NCBI GenBank assembly: GCA_038247415.1
Contig: JBBRUX010000026.1
Span: 1 to 52,669 of the forward strand
DNA length: 52,669 bases
Direction of reading: 5' to 3'
Source: Chitinivibrionales bacterium
GTDB lineage: Bacteria; Fibrobacterota; Chitinivibrionia; Chitinivibrionales; WJKA01
Under the pieces are notes generated by a model. That model was not told where the DNA came from. It did no database searches and saw only the letters and a list, made by a program, of their open reading frames with translations. The position numbers were made by a program, and so were the translations under genes. Below, one piece after another: positions 9,498 through 19,421 of this stretch (its first letter is position 1; each line of letters opens with the position of its first letter).

Positions 9498-10760
9498 CTA
9501 TTCATTTTTGGCAAAGAGCAATTTAACAAAAGCAATAAATACTCCAGCGGTCCAACCCATTAATGATGGTGTTCCGTATTCTGATGCTGCCTCGGATGTT
9601 CCCGATAAGCAATTATATTTCTCCCACAAATTGCCCGTTCTCTCGAATTCGTTTGAAACAAGTGCGACATATTTTCTTGCAATTCGACTTGCATCTACCT
9701 CAAAACCGTATTTGTATAGTCCTTTGACACATGCAAAATGCAGCGGGGCCCATGCATTAGGGCTATCCCACTGATAGGTAATGGGTTGATCTGAATCTTC
9801 ACACACTGCAAGACCATACATTTTTTCGAGTACAGCGAGATGCTTCTTTACACCTTGGGCTTGTGCATCGGTGGCGCAGCCTGCCCAGAGGGGATAAAAA
9901 ATGGCTGCTGAAACCATACTTCCACGTCGCGATTCGATAAAATCATAATCGAAATAGCACTGACGTTCGTCATCCCAAAGAAATTCATTTATGAGCGCTT
10001 GACGTTTCATTGCCCGCTCATTCCAGATACTCTCTTCACCCGTAGCGAGAATAGCGCTAAAATCGGAAAAATTCTTTTCGTACCAAAACAAATTAGCATT
10101 GAGATCAACAGGACAAAAATGAGCGCATTTTCGCTCAAATCGAGGTGTAAAATCCCACCCCGATTCACACTCTGCGATAAGATGGGATCCTATTTCGATC
10201 CTATCTTCTTCGTTCTTCGATTCGAGGGAAAATCTTTTTGTAGTAACATACTCAAAGGTGTTGAGCAAGTCTTTAGCAGTACCATTGTGGAAATACCGAT
10301 TTAGGCCAATCGGCGTTATTCTACGGGTCATCCAAAAATCATATTCTTTTTTAAGAATAGGCACACACGCTGCAAGCCACTCGGCATCTTGAGTATTTTG
10401 AAACACCTCGCGCACCATCATTGACAAATGTGGCGGCTGAGACCGGCTCAGATACCCAGTCCGATTACCATTTGGAACATATCCAAACCTATTAGCAAGA
10501 TACAAGCAATTATCTGTGTTGCTTTTTGCCAAATCTTTCCGACCATGATCAATAAGACCTGTATTGGTATAATAGGTATCCCAGTAATACAATTCTTGAA
10601 ATGATTCTTGAATAGATGGAACTGTGTAGAGATGTGGCAAACCGATAATAGTATCGCTATCATCGGGTGTATAGCGGACTGTGGATTGCCAATTTTTCCT
10701 AATAAACGTGCTAGTTTTTTCGATTAAAGGCTGAGAAATTTTCAACTCCTTATACAACAT
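9498..10760 (-). CDS. Alpha,alpha-trehalase (GH37), no signal peptide
   Basis: ELYYWDTY, PNGNR..YLSRSQPP, ESGWDF, QWDSPNAWAP, EKYN, GWTAGV. Confidence 0.9.
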   Translation of the reverse strand: MLYKELKISQPLIEKTSTFIRKNWQSTVRYTPDDSDTIIGLPHLYTVPSIQESFQELYYWDTYYTNTGLIDHGRKDLAKSNTDNCLYLANRFGYVPNGNRTGYLSRSQPPHLSMMVREVFQNTQDAEWLAACVPILKKEYDFWMTRRITPIGLNRYFHNGTAKDLLNTFEYVTTKRFSLESKNEEDRIEIGSHLIAECESGWDFTPRFERKCAHFCPVDLNANLFWYEKNFSDFSAILATGEESIWNERAMKRQALINEFLWDDERQCYFDYDFIESRRGSMVSAAIFYPLWAGCATDAQAQGVKKHLAVLEKMYGLAVCEDSDQPITYQWDSPNAWAPLHFACVKGLYKYGFEVDASRIARKYVALVSNEFERTGNLWEKYNCLSGTSEAASEYGTPSLMGWTAGVFIAFVKLLFAKNE

Positions 10761-10920
10761 GTGTGCATGTACCCTATGCTATTGCTCTTACAATATAATT
10801 TCATGCTCAATTGTTCAATGATGCAGCCATCATTCACGATGTGCAGGGGCATATGCATTTTTCGCCGCACTAAAGGAAAAACCTCTTGCTCGCTCCCCTC
10901 TTATATGCAATAATGTAATC

Positions 10921-11652
10921 ATGACTATCAACCATAAAACCATAGACTTAAGCCTTATTATAGCATGCTATAATGAGGCAGGGCATCTCGAGAAAAGCAT
11001 TTCCGAAATAGCATCTACCCTCAAAAGGACTTCTTATAATTACGAAATTATTTTTATAGATGATTGCAGTAAAGACAGCACACGCGAAATAATTACAAGG
11101 CTCGTAGCGGATTCGCCTGAAACTCTGAAAGCATATTTCATCGAAAAAAATGGTGGCCGTGGCGCAGCAGTAAATAAAGGGATTCACCTGGCTACGGGCA
11201 GGTGGGTAGGATTTGTTGATATAGATTTAGAGATTGGGGCGCATCATATACCTTACTGCCTGGCTGAATTTGATAAGGGCGCAGATGTTGTAACGGGTTG
11301 GAGAATTTACAAGATTAATCCATTTCATTTATCAAGGCATATCCTCAGTCGCGGATACAGTCAGCTCGTTCGACTTATTCTTAAGCTCCCCTATCACGAT
11401 ACAGAAACAGGATTTAAATTTTTCAAAACGCAATCTATTTTAAAAATCATTGACACTATAAAAAGCAATGGCTGGTTCTGGGACACCGAAGTCATGGCGC
11501 TCTGCAATAAACATAATCTTACCGTAATCGAAAAACCATGCCTTTTTATTAGGAATTTTTCTAAAAAATCAACAGTGCGTCCGCTGCGCGATAGTATTCA
11601 ATACTTTATTTCGCTTCTGAAATTTGCCAGGAGCAAACACTCCAATGCATAG
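10921..11652 (+). CDS. GT2 glycosyltransferase, polyprenol-phosphate (DPM1-like) type
   Basis: IIACYNE, IDDCSKD, NGGRGAA, VDID, DTETGFK, WFWDTE. Confidence 0.9.
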   Translation: MTINHKTIDLSLIIACYNEAGHLEKSISEIASTLKRTSYNYEIIFIDDCSKDSTREIITRLVADSPETLKAYFIEKNGGRGAAVNKGIHLATGRWVGFVDIDLEIGAHHIPYCLAEFDKGADVVTGWRIYKINPFHLSRHILSRGYSQLVRLILKLPYHDTETGFKFFKTQSILKIIDTIKSNGWFWDTEVMALCNKHNLTVIEKPCLFIRNFSKKSTVRPLRDSIQYFISLLKFARSKHSNA

Positions 11653-13165
11653 CCCTGATTCAAATATTTACAAACAACGCACCATCAATGAAAGAGCAAA
11701 GCCCCTCGTTAAGTATGTCAACCAGAAGAAATTTTGGATCCCTGTTGTTGCTCTCTTATTCTTTTACATAGCCATTCGCGGTTCTGTCAAGCATGGTAGT
11801 GCTGCACTTTTTTTAATTACTCTCGGGATACTCCTCGAATCTAAAAATCTGCTTTTATCAGTTCAAATGCCTCGATGGGGCTACGTATTTCTTGGTGCCA
11901 TCGTCTTTATCACATCTGCCTTTCGATATTACTTTTTTAATGATTGCGGTGATGTTGACTTTTCATGCTATACCAACGTTTTGTGGAATACACTCAACGG
12001 CAATTTTATGTACCAATCATTTTTGGAACAAAATTTTCTTGCACTTCATTCATCTGAGTTGCTTCTCGGTTTTGTGCCATTTTTTTTTCTGTTTGGCAAC
12101 TATGGTCTTCTTTTAAGTCAAACTATGTGCTGGGTTCTTGCACTGTATCTCATTTTTTCTATACCTCACAAAAATTGCCGGCCACCTCTCATTGTTGTTA
12201 TAGCAATAGCACTTTCTCCGTGCCTTTTGCCAGCCCCATTTTTTGGTTTTCATGTCGATATTCTTTTCCTGCCTATTGCTGCATGGGCACTCCGATCTTA
12301 TACCCATAACCGATTTATTCAATTTTTGATCGCGATCTGCATGATGCCCTTGATTAAAGAAGTCTTTGCGCTTCCTGTTTTTATGTTTGGTATTATTGCA
12401 CTAATTGACAAAAAGTCTAAAAAATGGATAGTATCCCCGCTCCTCATTTCAATAGGCCTCAGCGTAATTTTTTGGTTTTTTCTAGTTCCTCTCCTTCACC
12501 ATAAACAAAGCCATACCTTTGCACCGCTCCTTCCACAAACAAGCTACGGCGCACTTGCACAACTATTTTCTAGGAATTCTCTCATTTACTTTCTTACACT
12601 CCTACTCGCGTACGGCCCCATGTGCTTTCTTGGAAAAATTAAATGGTTATTATTTCCAGTAGGACTGATGATTTTTTATTGCGCAATTCCCGACCCAAGC
12701 TTTCGCGAAATTTGGCGACATTATTCTGCACCAATAGGATTTCTCTTGTTATTCCCCTTGGCGTTTGCTACAACCGAAGCACTAAAAAAGATTAGCTACC
12801 CATGCTTTGTTATCGCATTATGTTCATTCCCAATTTGGATTGATTTATTCAAGCCCGATACCCAAGCCTTCAAGCAACATGAACATGTCACTACTATCAC
12901 GGAGTCAATACCAAAAGACAAATCGCTTTTGGTCCATGGAAGATTTTTAGCGTATACCGCACAACGAAGCAAAATTGCTAACTGGATTTATAAGCCCAAA
13001 AGCTGGGCTACCTTCGACTATATTGTTATAGACACTTCATTTAAGCCTTCATGGTGGGATCGCAAAGATTCACTTAAAGTTGATATAAGCAGGCTTACAA
13101 CGCAATCTGGGTATTCGCTCATTCAATCCAACCGTGAAATTCTTGTTTTTAAAAAAAGTATGTAA
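11645..13165 (+). CDS. Polytopic membrane protein, DUF2079-like (GT-C-type)
   Basis: Many TM segments; D...Y...LWNTLNG, LALHSS, GFHVD, IKE, HYSAP. ATG 11645 overlaps the GT2 stop. Confidence 0.7.
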   Translation: MHSPDSNIYKQRTINERAKPLVKYVNQKKFWIPVVALLFFYIAIRGSVKHGSAALFLITLGILLESKNLLLSVQMPRWGYVFLGAIVFITSAFRYYFFNDCGDVDFSCYTNVLWNTLNGNFMYQSFLEQNFLALHSSELLLGFVPFFFLFGNYGLLLSQTMCWVLALYLIFSIPHKNCRPPLIVVIAIALSPCLLPAPFFGFHVDILFLPIAAWALRSYTHNRFIQFLIAICMMPLIKEVFALPVFMFGIIALIDKKSKKWIVSPLLISIGLSVIFWFFLVPLLHHKQSHTFAPLLPQTSYGALAQLFSRNSLIYFLTLLLAYGPMCFLGKIKWLLFPVGLMIFYCAIPDPSFREIWRHYSAPIGFLLLFPLAFATTEALKKISYPCFVIALCSFPIWIDLFKPDTQAFKQHEHVTTITESIPKDKSLLVHGRFLAYTAQRSKIANWIYKPKSWATFDYIVIDTSFKPSWWDRKDSLKVDISRLTTQSGYSLIQSNREILVFKKSM

Positions 13166-13169
13166 TGCT

Positions 13170-13787
13170 ATGACGTTCTTAAGAACTATCTACCGTTTTA
13201 GATTCTCATTTTCTCTCTTTTTGTATGCACTCATACGTTTTCTGATATGTCCATTTTCAAAGATGCAAACCATCTTGAAAAACTCTGATACAATTGCTGA
13301 TATTGGCTGTGGCAATGGGGTTTTTGCACTATTTCTTGCGCAAAGCGGAGCAAAAAAAATTTTAGGATATGATATCAACGGAGAAAAAATTAAAAATGCT
13401 CAACGTGCGAGTAAAGGTATTGGTACTATCAACTTTGTCAATGCTGCTTACGAAAGTAGTCACAAACTCGATGCAGCAACCTTAAGCGATGTTCTTCATC
13501 ACATTGCACCATTCGAACAAGAGGCGCTTTTAAAGAGGATTAAGGCAGCTCTGCGCGTTGATGGCATGATTCTAATAAAGGAAATCTGCCACGAAGATGG
13601 ATGGCGGTTTAGCCTGAGTTCACTAACCGACAAAATTCTTTATCCTCGCGATGTGTGTCATTTTAGATCTGCATCGGCATGGAAGGAACTTCTGGATTCA
13701 TTAGGCTTTACCGTAAGTCATACTAAAATAACGTGGCCTTTTTTGTCTACAAATTTATTTATTGGAACAAAAAAATCCTGCCTATAA
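13170..13787 (+). CDS. Class I SAM-dependent methyltransferase
   Basis: IADIGCGNG, GYD, DVLHH. Confidence 0.88.
   Translation: MTFLRTIYRFRFSFSLFLYALIRFLICPFSKMQTILKNSDTIADIGCGNGVFALFLAQSGAKKILGYDINGEKIKNAQRASKGIGTINFVNAAYESSHKLDAATLSDVLHHIAPFEQEALLKRIKAALRVDGMILIKEICHEDGWRFSLSSLTDKILYPRDVCHFRSASAWKELLDSLGFTVSHTKITWPFLSTNLFIGTKKSCL
13773..13787 (+). repeat. Left arm of a 15-bp inverted repeat flanking the formyltransferase
   Basis: AAATCCTGCCTATAA; 14/15 match to the reverse complement of 14699-14713. Confidence 0.5.
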
Positions 13788-13811
13788 ATCAGCCTGCACT
13801 ATCTTTTTTTG

Positions 13812-14657
13812 TCAAAATTTCCTAAATTGCTCTTGCCACTGCGGATCTAAAAATTCGTGGATCTTAAAGAAAGAAAATCCAGATCTGTAAAATTGTCTAA
13901 CGGCTTTTTTGGTAGGAAGAGAGTTATAGGTACCTTTTTCTTTTGAACCCTGAGCAACCTCTCCCAATTGCCCGTTATTCAGATTATCAAACATGTTTTT
14001 GATCAATCTTACCGTAGCAACCGAACAATGCATGTAAAGCTCATGTTCTGATTTAATCTCATGTATTGGCACAGTTTCTTGCGCAATGATAGCACCAGTA
14101 TCGATAGTGGCATCAATATAATGAAGTGTACACCCATGGGTTTTCTCTTGATTAGCTAATGCCCAAAATGTGGGACTTACTCCCCTATAGGTAGGAAGCA
14201 TTGAGGGATGCACATTAATACACCCATAGCGAGGCAAGCTAATAATGTCTTGGGGTATGATTTCTTTTGAAAATACCGAAAGTATCAGATCTGGATTACA
14301 AGCGCGAATGCGACCTCTCGTTTTCATGGTTGTAACAGAGTCACCTTTTTGCAAAGAAACAGTACAATATTTACATGCTAAGAACGGATAATAAATATTC
14401 TCGACGTCTTTGCGTTGAAGCGCTTTTTTAGAAGCATTCGAAAAGAATTTTTGTTTAGCAAACTGGTTTAGAACATACCAAAACCCAGCCCTACGCAGAT
14501 ATACCAATAGCCCCAACAAAAAGGATTTTCCGGGAATGATACTTTTCTGTTCAAAGATGGCAACTTTATGTCCATCAAACATGCCAGAGCCAAACAAGGC
14601 TTTAAGCACATAATTTGCATAAATATGTTTTTTACTAGTAAGGATAAGAATGTTCAT
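13812..14657 (-). CDS. Formyltransferase (Fmt/ArnA N-terminal family), probably a sugar N-formyltransferase
   Basis: INVHPSMLPTYRG, GCTLHYID..IDTGAII. Likely start MNILILTS at 14657. Confidence 0.85.
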   Translation of the reverse strand: MNILILTSKKHIYANYVLKALFGSGMFDGHKVAIFEQKSIIPGKSFLLGLLVYLRRAGFWYVLNQFAKQKFFSNASKKALQRKDVENIYYPFLACKYCTVSLQKGDSVTTMKTRGRIRACNPDLILSVFSKEIIPQDIISLPRYGCINVHPSMLPTYRGVSPTFWALANQEKTHGCTLHYIDATIDTGAIIAQETVPIHEIKSEHELYMHCSVATVRLIKNMFDNLNNGQLGEVAQGSKEKGTYNSLPTKKAVRQFYRSGFSFFKIHEFLDPQWQEQFRKF

Positions 14658-14698
14658 ACGGTACAGCACAACCTTTTTAAATAACTCTTTAAAATTAA

Positions 14699-14713
14699 TT
14701 ATAGGCACGATTT
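14699..14713 (-). repeat. Right arm of the inverted repeat flanking the formyltransferase
   Basis: Plus strand TTATAGGCACGATTT, read on the minus strand as AAATCGTGCCTATAA. Confidence 0.5.
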
Positions 14714-14771
14714 GGTTTCGCAACTATTTGAGCCCAGGTCCGGAAGCCCTAACATTCCTGATCTTAAAGAT

Positions 14772-16754
14772 TTACTTATGCAACGGAAGTTGAGCATCAC
14801 CTTTTAAAAACAAGGGAATACGTTCTAAAGGAGCCTCTATCGATATTGTTTGTCCACCATTAAAGATATTTCCACTCCAGCTATCCTTCCAGGATGTTCC
14901 TTCTGGTAAATAAACAATTCTACTTACTGCCCCTTCATGCAATACAGGAGCCACAAGCAAATCTGGTCCAAACATATATTGATCGGCAATTGACCAGGTT
15001 TTATCATCATGGGAAAAATCATAAAAAAGAGGACGCATAGGTGGAGTTCCACGTGTGTGCGCGGCCTTCATGAGTTGCATAACATACGGACGAAGCCGTT
15101 CTCGCATCTCAAGGTACTTAACCAAGATAGCATATGCTTTTTCACCAAACGACCAGACTTCATTGGGGCCACCGGTATTAAAAAAATCGCACGGGTTGCG
15201 CGCTCCATGTAAACGAAAAAGTGGGCAAAAACACCCATATTCGAACCATCTGACAATTAATTCTCTAAAGCTCGGACTGTCTATATCTCCACCAATAAAG
15301 CCCCCGATATCGGTTGTCCACCAGGGGATGCCACTCATGGCAGCACTGAGTCCAGCTGGGATTTGGTTACGCAAGGAAGCAAATGTCGAGGGGATATCAC
15401 CCGACCATAATGCGGCGCCATAACGCTGACTGCCTGCCCAAGCTGATCTGCAGAGCGAAATTATATCATTCTCATTTTGACTCTTCAATCCATCAAAAAC
15501 CATTTGCGCTTGAGTTTTTGGATACAAACATGCTGTCTCGGCCCCGCTTCCGGCATAAAACGAAAGGTTATCATAATCTTTGTGAAGAATTTCAGGTTCG
15601 CATGCATCAAGCCAAAAAAACTTAATGCCATATTGTCCATAATTTTTTCTGAGTTTTTCCCAGACATACTCGCGAGCCTGTGGATTGGTGGTGTCGTAAA
15701 AGTATAGATGTTCCGGCCCGCTGTGACTCGAATCGACAAACCGGCCATGCACAGAAAACCCTTTGTTTGATCGCAGCAGAAAGCCGCGCTGTTCCATTTC
15801 ATCGAAATTCTCGCTGTGTACGGTAACCGAAGGCCATATCGAAACCATGAGTTCGATACCCATAGATTTTAGTTCGTCAACCATTGCCTGTGGATCAGGC
15901 CAGAATTCAGGATCGAATTTCCAATCCCCTTGTGCTGTCCAATGGAAATAATCGATAACAATAACGGACATTGGTAAACCACGCCTTGTATGCTCGCGCG
16001 CTACCGACAAAAGCTCTTCTTGAGAGGAGTATCTTAATTTACATTGCCAGAATCCCGATGCGAATTCTGGAAGCATGGGAGAATGCCCTGTTACATCGAC
16101 ATAATTAACCATAACCTGGGCTGGAGTATCCCCTGCTGTTACCCAATAATCTATTTGTTGTGATGAATCTGCAACCCACCGCGTATGATTTTCACTAAAT
16201 TCGACATGCCCTATAGCAGGATTGTTCCATAAAAAGCCATACCCAAGACTCGAATAATAAAAAGGAATTGTAACCATGGTATTACGTTGAACCAGGTCGA
16301 TGGTGCAACCCTTGACATCTAATTTTCCATGGCGGTGCTGTCCCATTCCGTAAATGTGTTCGTCGGCATGTGGTGCAAAAGACGAAGAAACACGATAACT
16401 CGATCCTGCTAAATGACTGTACGTCCGCGCATCAAGCCTTTCACACATGTCGGCTATCGGCAGCTCGGTAAGAATTTGTTTTCCGTTAGATAAAAAAGTA
16501 ATGAGCCCTTTTTGATTAACGCGAGCCTCTAAGGTTCCATTGATAATCGTTCCACTAACCTCACCATCAATTACAATTGCAACTCCTTTTGGAGGTTCTA
16601 TTTTTTCTTGCAAAGCATGAGGAAGATCATCTCGAACAAACCCATTACGTGTGGCTCGAATGCGAAGGCTATTTTTACCCCACGGCTCAATGCGCACGGT
16701 TTCACAAGCCTTAGAAAACACAAGCGCTGTATCCAATTTTTCAAAAAGTTTCAT
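14772..16754 (-). CDS. GH31 alpha-xylosidase/alpha-glucosidase
   Basis: IVIDYFHW, WLDACEPE nucleophile region, WSGDI, TDIGGF, FRLHG, QYMFGPDLLVAP; AGGAGG RBS. Confidence 0.92.
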   Translation of the reverse strand: MKLFEKLDTALVFSKACETVRIEPWGKNSLRIRATRNGFVRDDLPHALQEKIEPPKGVAIVIDGEVSGTIINGTLEARVNQKGLITFLSNGKQILTELPIADMCERLDARTYSHLAGSSYRVSSSFAPHADEHIYGMGQHRHGKLDVKGCTIDLVQRNTMVTIPFYYSSLGYGFLWNNPAIGHVEFSENHTRWVADSSQQIDYWVTAGDTPAQVMVNYVDVTGHSPMLPEFASGFWQCKLRYSSQEELLSVAREHTRRGLPMSVIVIDYFHWTAQGDWKFDPEFWPDPQAMVDELKSMGIELMVSIWPSVTVHSENFDEMEQRGFLLRSNKGFSVHGRFVDSSHSGPEHLYFYDTTNPQAREYVWEKLRKNYGQYGIKFFWLDACEPEILHKDYDNLSFYAGSGAETACLYPKTQAQMVFDGLKSQNENDIISLCRSAWAGSQRYGAALWSGDIPSTFASLRNQIPAGLSAAMSGIPWWTTDIGGFIGGDIDSPSFRELIVRWFEYGCFCPLFRLHGARNPCDFFNTGGPNEVWSFGEKAYAILVKYLEMRERLRPYVMQLMKAAHTRGTPPMRPLFYDFSHDDKTWSIADQYMFGPDLLVAPVLHEGAVSRIVYLPEGTSWKDSWSGNIFNGGQTISIEAPLERIPLFLKGDAQLPLHK

Positions 16755-17084
16755 CGATCCCTCCTTTTAATTATTATGCAATGGTTACTGATAAAAGAAT
16801 TCTTTTTCGTGTTAATTCTAATCGATAACTTCCGAATTAGGTATTTCGGTGATATTAAACAATGTATAGAATACTACTCGCAGAGACTTTAGGAAATTTT
16901 TCCTTAAACTTATACTTTTTTACCATATTTTAACTTTATGCATTAAGAGAGAACTGCTTTTTTTAAAGCACTTTGCATGTCGCACCCATACTTTATGTTT
17001 AATTTTTGAAAAAATCAGTTACTGCCTTTTAAATCTTTGTCAGAGGAACAAAACTAAGATACCCATAATTTATACTATTCAACT

Positions 17085-17438
17085 ATGAGAACTTATCAAA
17101 ATGGTCACCATGGGAAGCAATCTTACCGGTTTTTTAGATTTGGCGAAGAACCAATACACCCCTTGGAAGTCCCTATTGCAGTGCATTCACAGTGGGATAC
17201 AATGGACTTTCACGAAAGAGTAAACGCTGCCGAATTTTGGATTGAATTTGTTACCGCTGGAGAAATCATATTTACACAAGACACTCAAACGTATACCATT
17301 TTACCCGGGATGCTATTCTTAGCGAGACCTGGAACCACACACCATTTTTCTGTTGGCAAAAAAGGATTTGCCTGTAAACGTTCGATCTGCCTTCAAGGAT
17401 TATGCCTTGAAACTACTCTTCACTCACCAGCTGCCTGA
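17085..17438 (+). pseudogene. AraC-family regulator, N-terminal sensing (cupin) domain only
   Basis: IEFVTAG...YTILPGMLFLARPGTTHHF; ends at 117 aa inside the 3' end of the convergent gene; no HTH; divergent from GH31. Confidence 0.7.
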
Positions 17439-18673
17439 CAAGTCGTAAAAATAGCCAAATGCATAGCCCGTGCATAAAAATTTACCTGTACCGGTGATTC
17501 CCCCTCTAAATGGCATTCCAAGAAGTAGAATTTCAGCACCAAGTCGCTCAAAAGATAAAGCAGCATCAAGTTTAAATTGACGTACGTACGTAGATCTAAG
17601 GCTGTTATCTGGCATTTCGGTTGGTAAATCGTTCGAAATATAATCAAATACTGTTGAGTAAATGATTTTAACTTTTCGTGTTCCAAAAAAGTTCTTGATG
17701 CTTGTTGTATCAGCTATTCCTGTTTCAACATCATAGGTGATTGCTGTAGGGAAATCAGAGGGAGTTGCACTCAGATTCATTACTCCTGCAGGAATAGAAG
17801 GATTTACCCAAATATGAGCAGCCGATCCTGAAAAAAACTTCCCATTATTAAATTTGAAAACTTTTTTATCTGATACTCTAATTACATAACCATTTACATT
17901 GCCCACCACCATTTGCCCTATCAAATTCAAAAATTCCATGCAATCTCTAAGATTTACAGTATCCGGGGATGCCGAAACATTGCACATTTGCCTCCCGCGA
18001 TTAATTGATGTTATTCCGGAAATTAATGCACCACCTTGAACTGCATCTGTCTGAACCGAACGTCCCATACCATTAACAGCGCAAATTTTATAGCTATAAA
18101 TATTCTTTTGCAAACAGGCTGTATCAAAATACTCTATAGTAAAGACTTTACCAATGCTATCATAAGTGTTCGAAGTAGCATTAAGCCGAAATACTATAAA
18201 ATAAATGCCATCCGCATAAGGAGGTTCCCAGGTAAGCATAATGCTGGATTTAGAATATCCTTGAGCCAACAAATTTATTGGAGCATCTGGCAATTTTAGT
18301 TCGAGTATTAAAGCGGAACCCATAATTGCGATAGTTTCAACAGAACGCCCTACCCCATTGACTGCACAAATCTGTACTTATATACTTTTGATTGCAAGCA
18401 GTTTGTATCGATGTACTCGGTAGTAAAAGCTATACCAATGCTATCATGCACGTACGAAACGGCATTAGGTTTAAACACTATAAAATAATCAACATTTGTA
18501 GACTTAGATCCCCAGCAAAGTTTAATGCTCGTTGCAGAATTTCCAGTTGCCGATAAATTGATTGGAGCATCAGGAATGACCTGCACAGGAACAACACTAT
18601 CCGACCCTTTGCAGCCTAAAAAGAAGGATACATAAATACAGCCTAAAATGCCTAGTAGATATATTTTTCCCAT
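17424..18673 (-). pseudogene. Lipoprotein with tandem FN3 domains, frameshifted near 18372
   Basis: Lipobox FLGC; two PDAPINL..W..Y repeats. Restoring 1 nt turns YKYRFVQ into YKYxICAVNGVGRS, matching repeat 2 (YSYKICAVNGMGRS) and joining both ORFs. Confidence 0.8.
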
Positions 18674-19039
18674 TATTTTCCAGTTCTTAAATAGTTTCTA
18701 GTACTACAATAAACTCTCTAACAAAAAGAGAAAATATGCCGTTGCACCCGCTATGTCAAATTTAAAACGAAACTGCTTATCTTTCTTCGGTGGATGTTTC
18801 AAACGCGAACAATAGTGAATGCTCGAGGAGGCACCGGGATCTAGGTCATGGACGCAAAAGGCAAACGGTTTAGGAGTTTCAGGGCATTATTCTGATGATT
18901 TACATAGGCACAAGTTAACAAAGAAAGTACATTCACTTAGTCAACTTGACTGTAGCAACTGCAACGCCCTTGGATTAGGAATCAGTTATGGCTTTGATCA
19001 TGATCCAACCGATTCATGTAGAGGAGATCGCGCCGGAAA

Positions 19040-19421
19040 TCAGCTGGTTTTCCACTTCTTGAGTTTAACGATCTTCTTAACAGGCCGCTTTTTAGCGGGA
19101 ACAGCTTTTTCTGCCAAAACGGCAGGCAGTTTTTTTGGCGGGCGTCCACGCTTTCGCTTCTGGATGGTTGCGTCATCCTTGACGGGAGCCGGTTTTTCAC
19201 TTCTTGGGCATGAATCGTCAATGTCAATCCCAAAGAGGTCCGAAAGCTCTTCCTTTGGTGCGGCAATGATCCGAGCGCTTTTTGTTTTAGCGCGCGAAAG
19301 AATTTTTGTGCTCTCCTGCTTCACCATTGCGCCAACAAAGGTTTCGACCTTGATTCCCCTCAATGTAAAGAAGAGCTCCGGACGATTATCGAGCCGTGCC
19401 GAAACCCCATAGAGCGTTGCG
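19040..19421 (-). pseudogene. C-terminal remnant of a SWIM zinc-finger protein
   Basis: ATLYGVSARLDNRPELFFTLRG follows CKH in SNF2-associated SWIM proteins; LSDLFGID and a basic tail are present; the Zn finger is missing. Confidence 0.75.
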
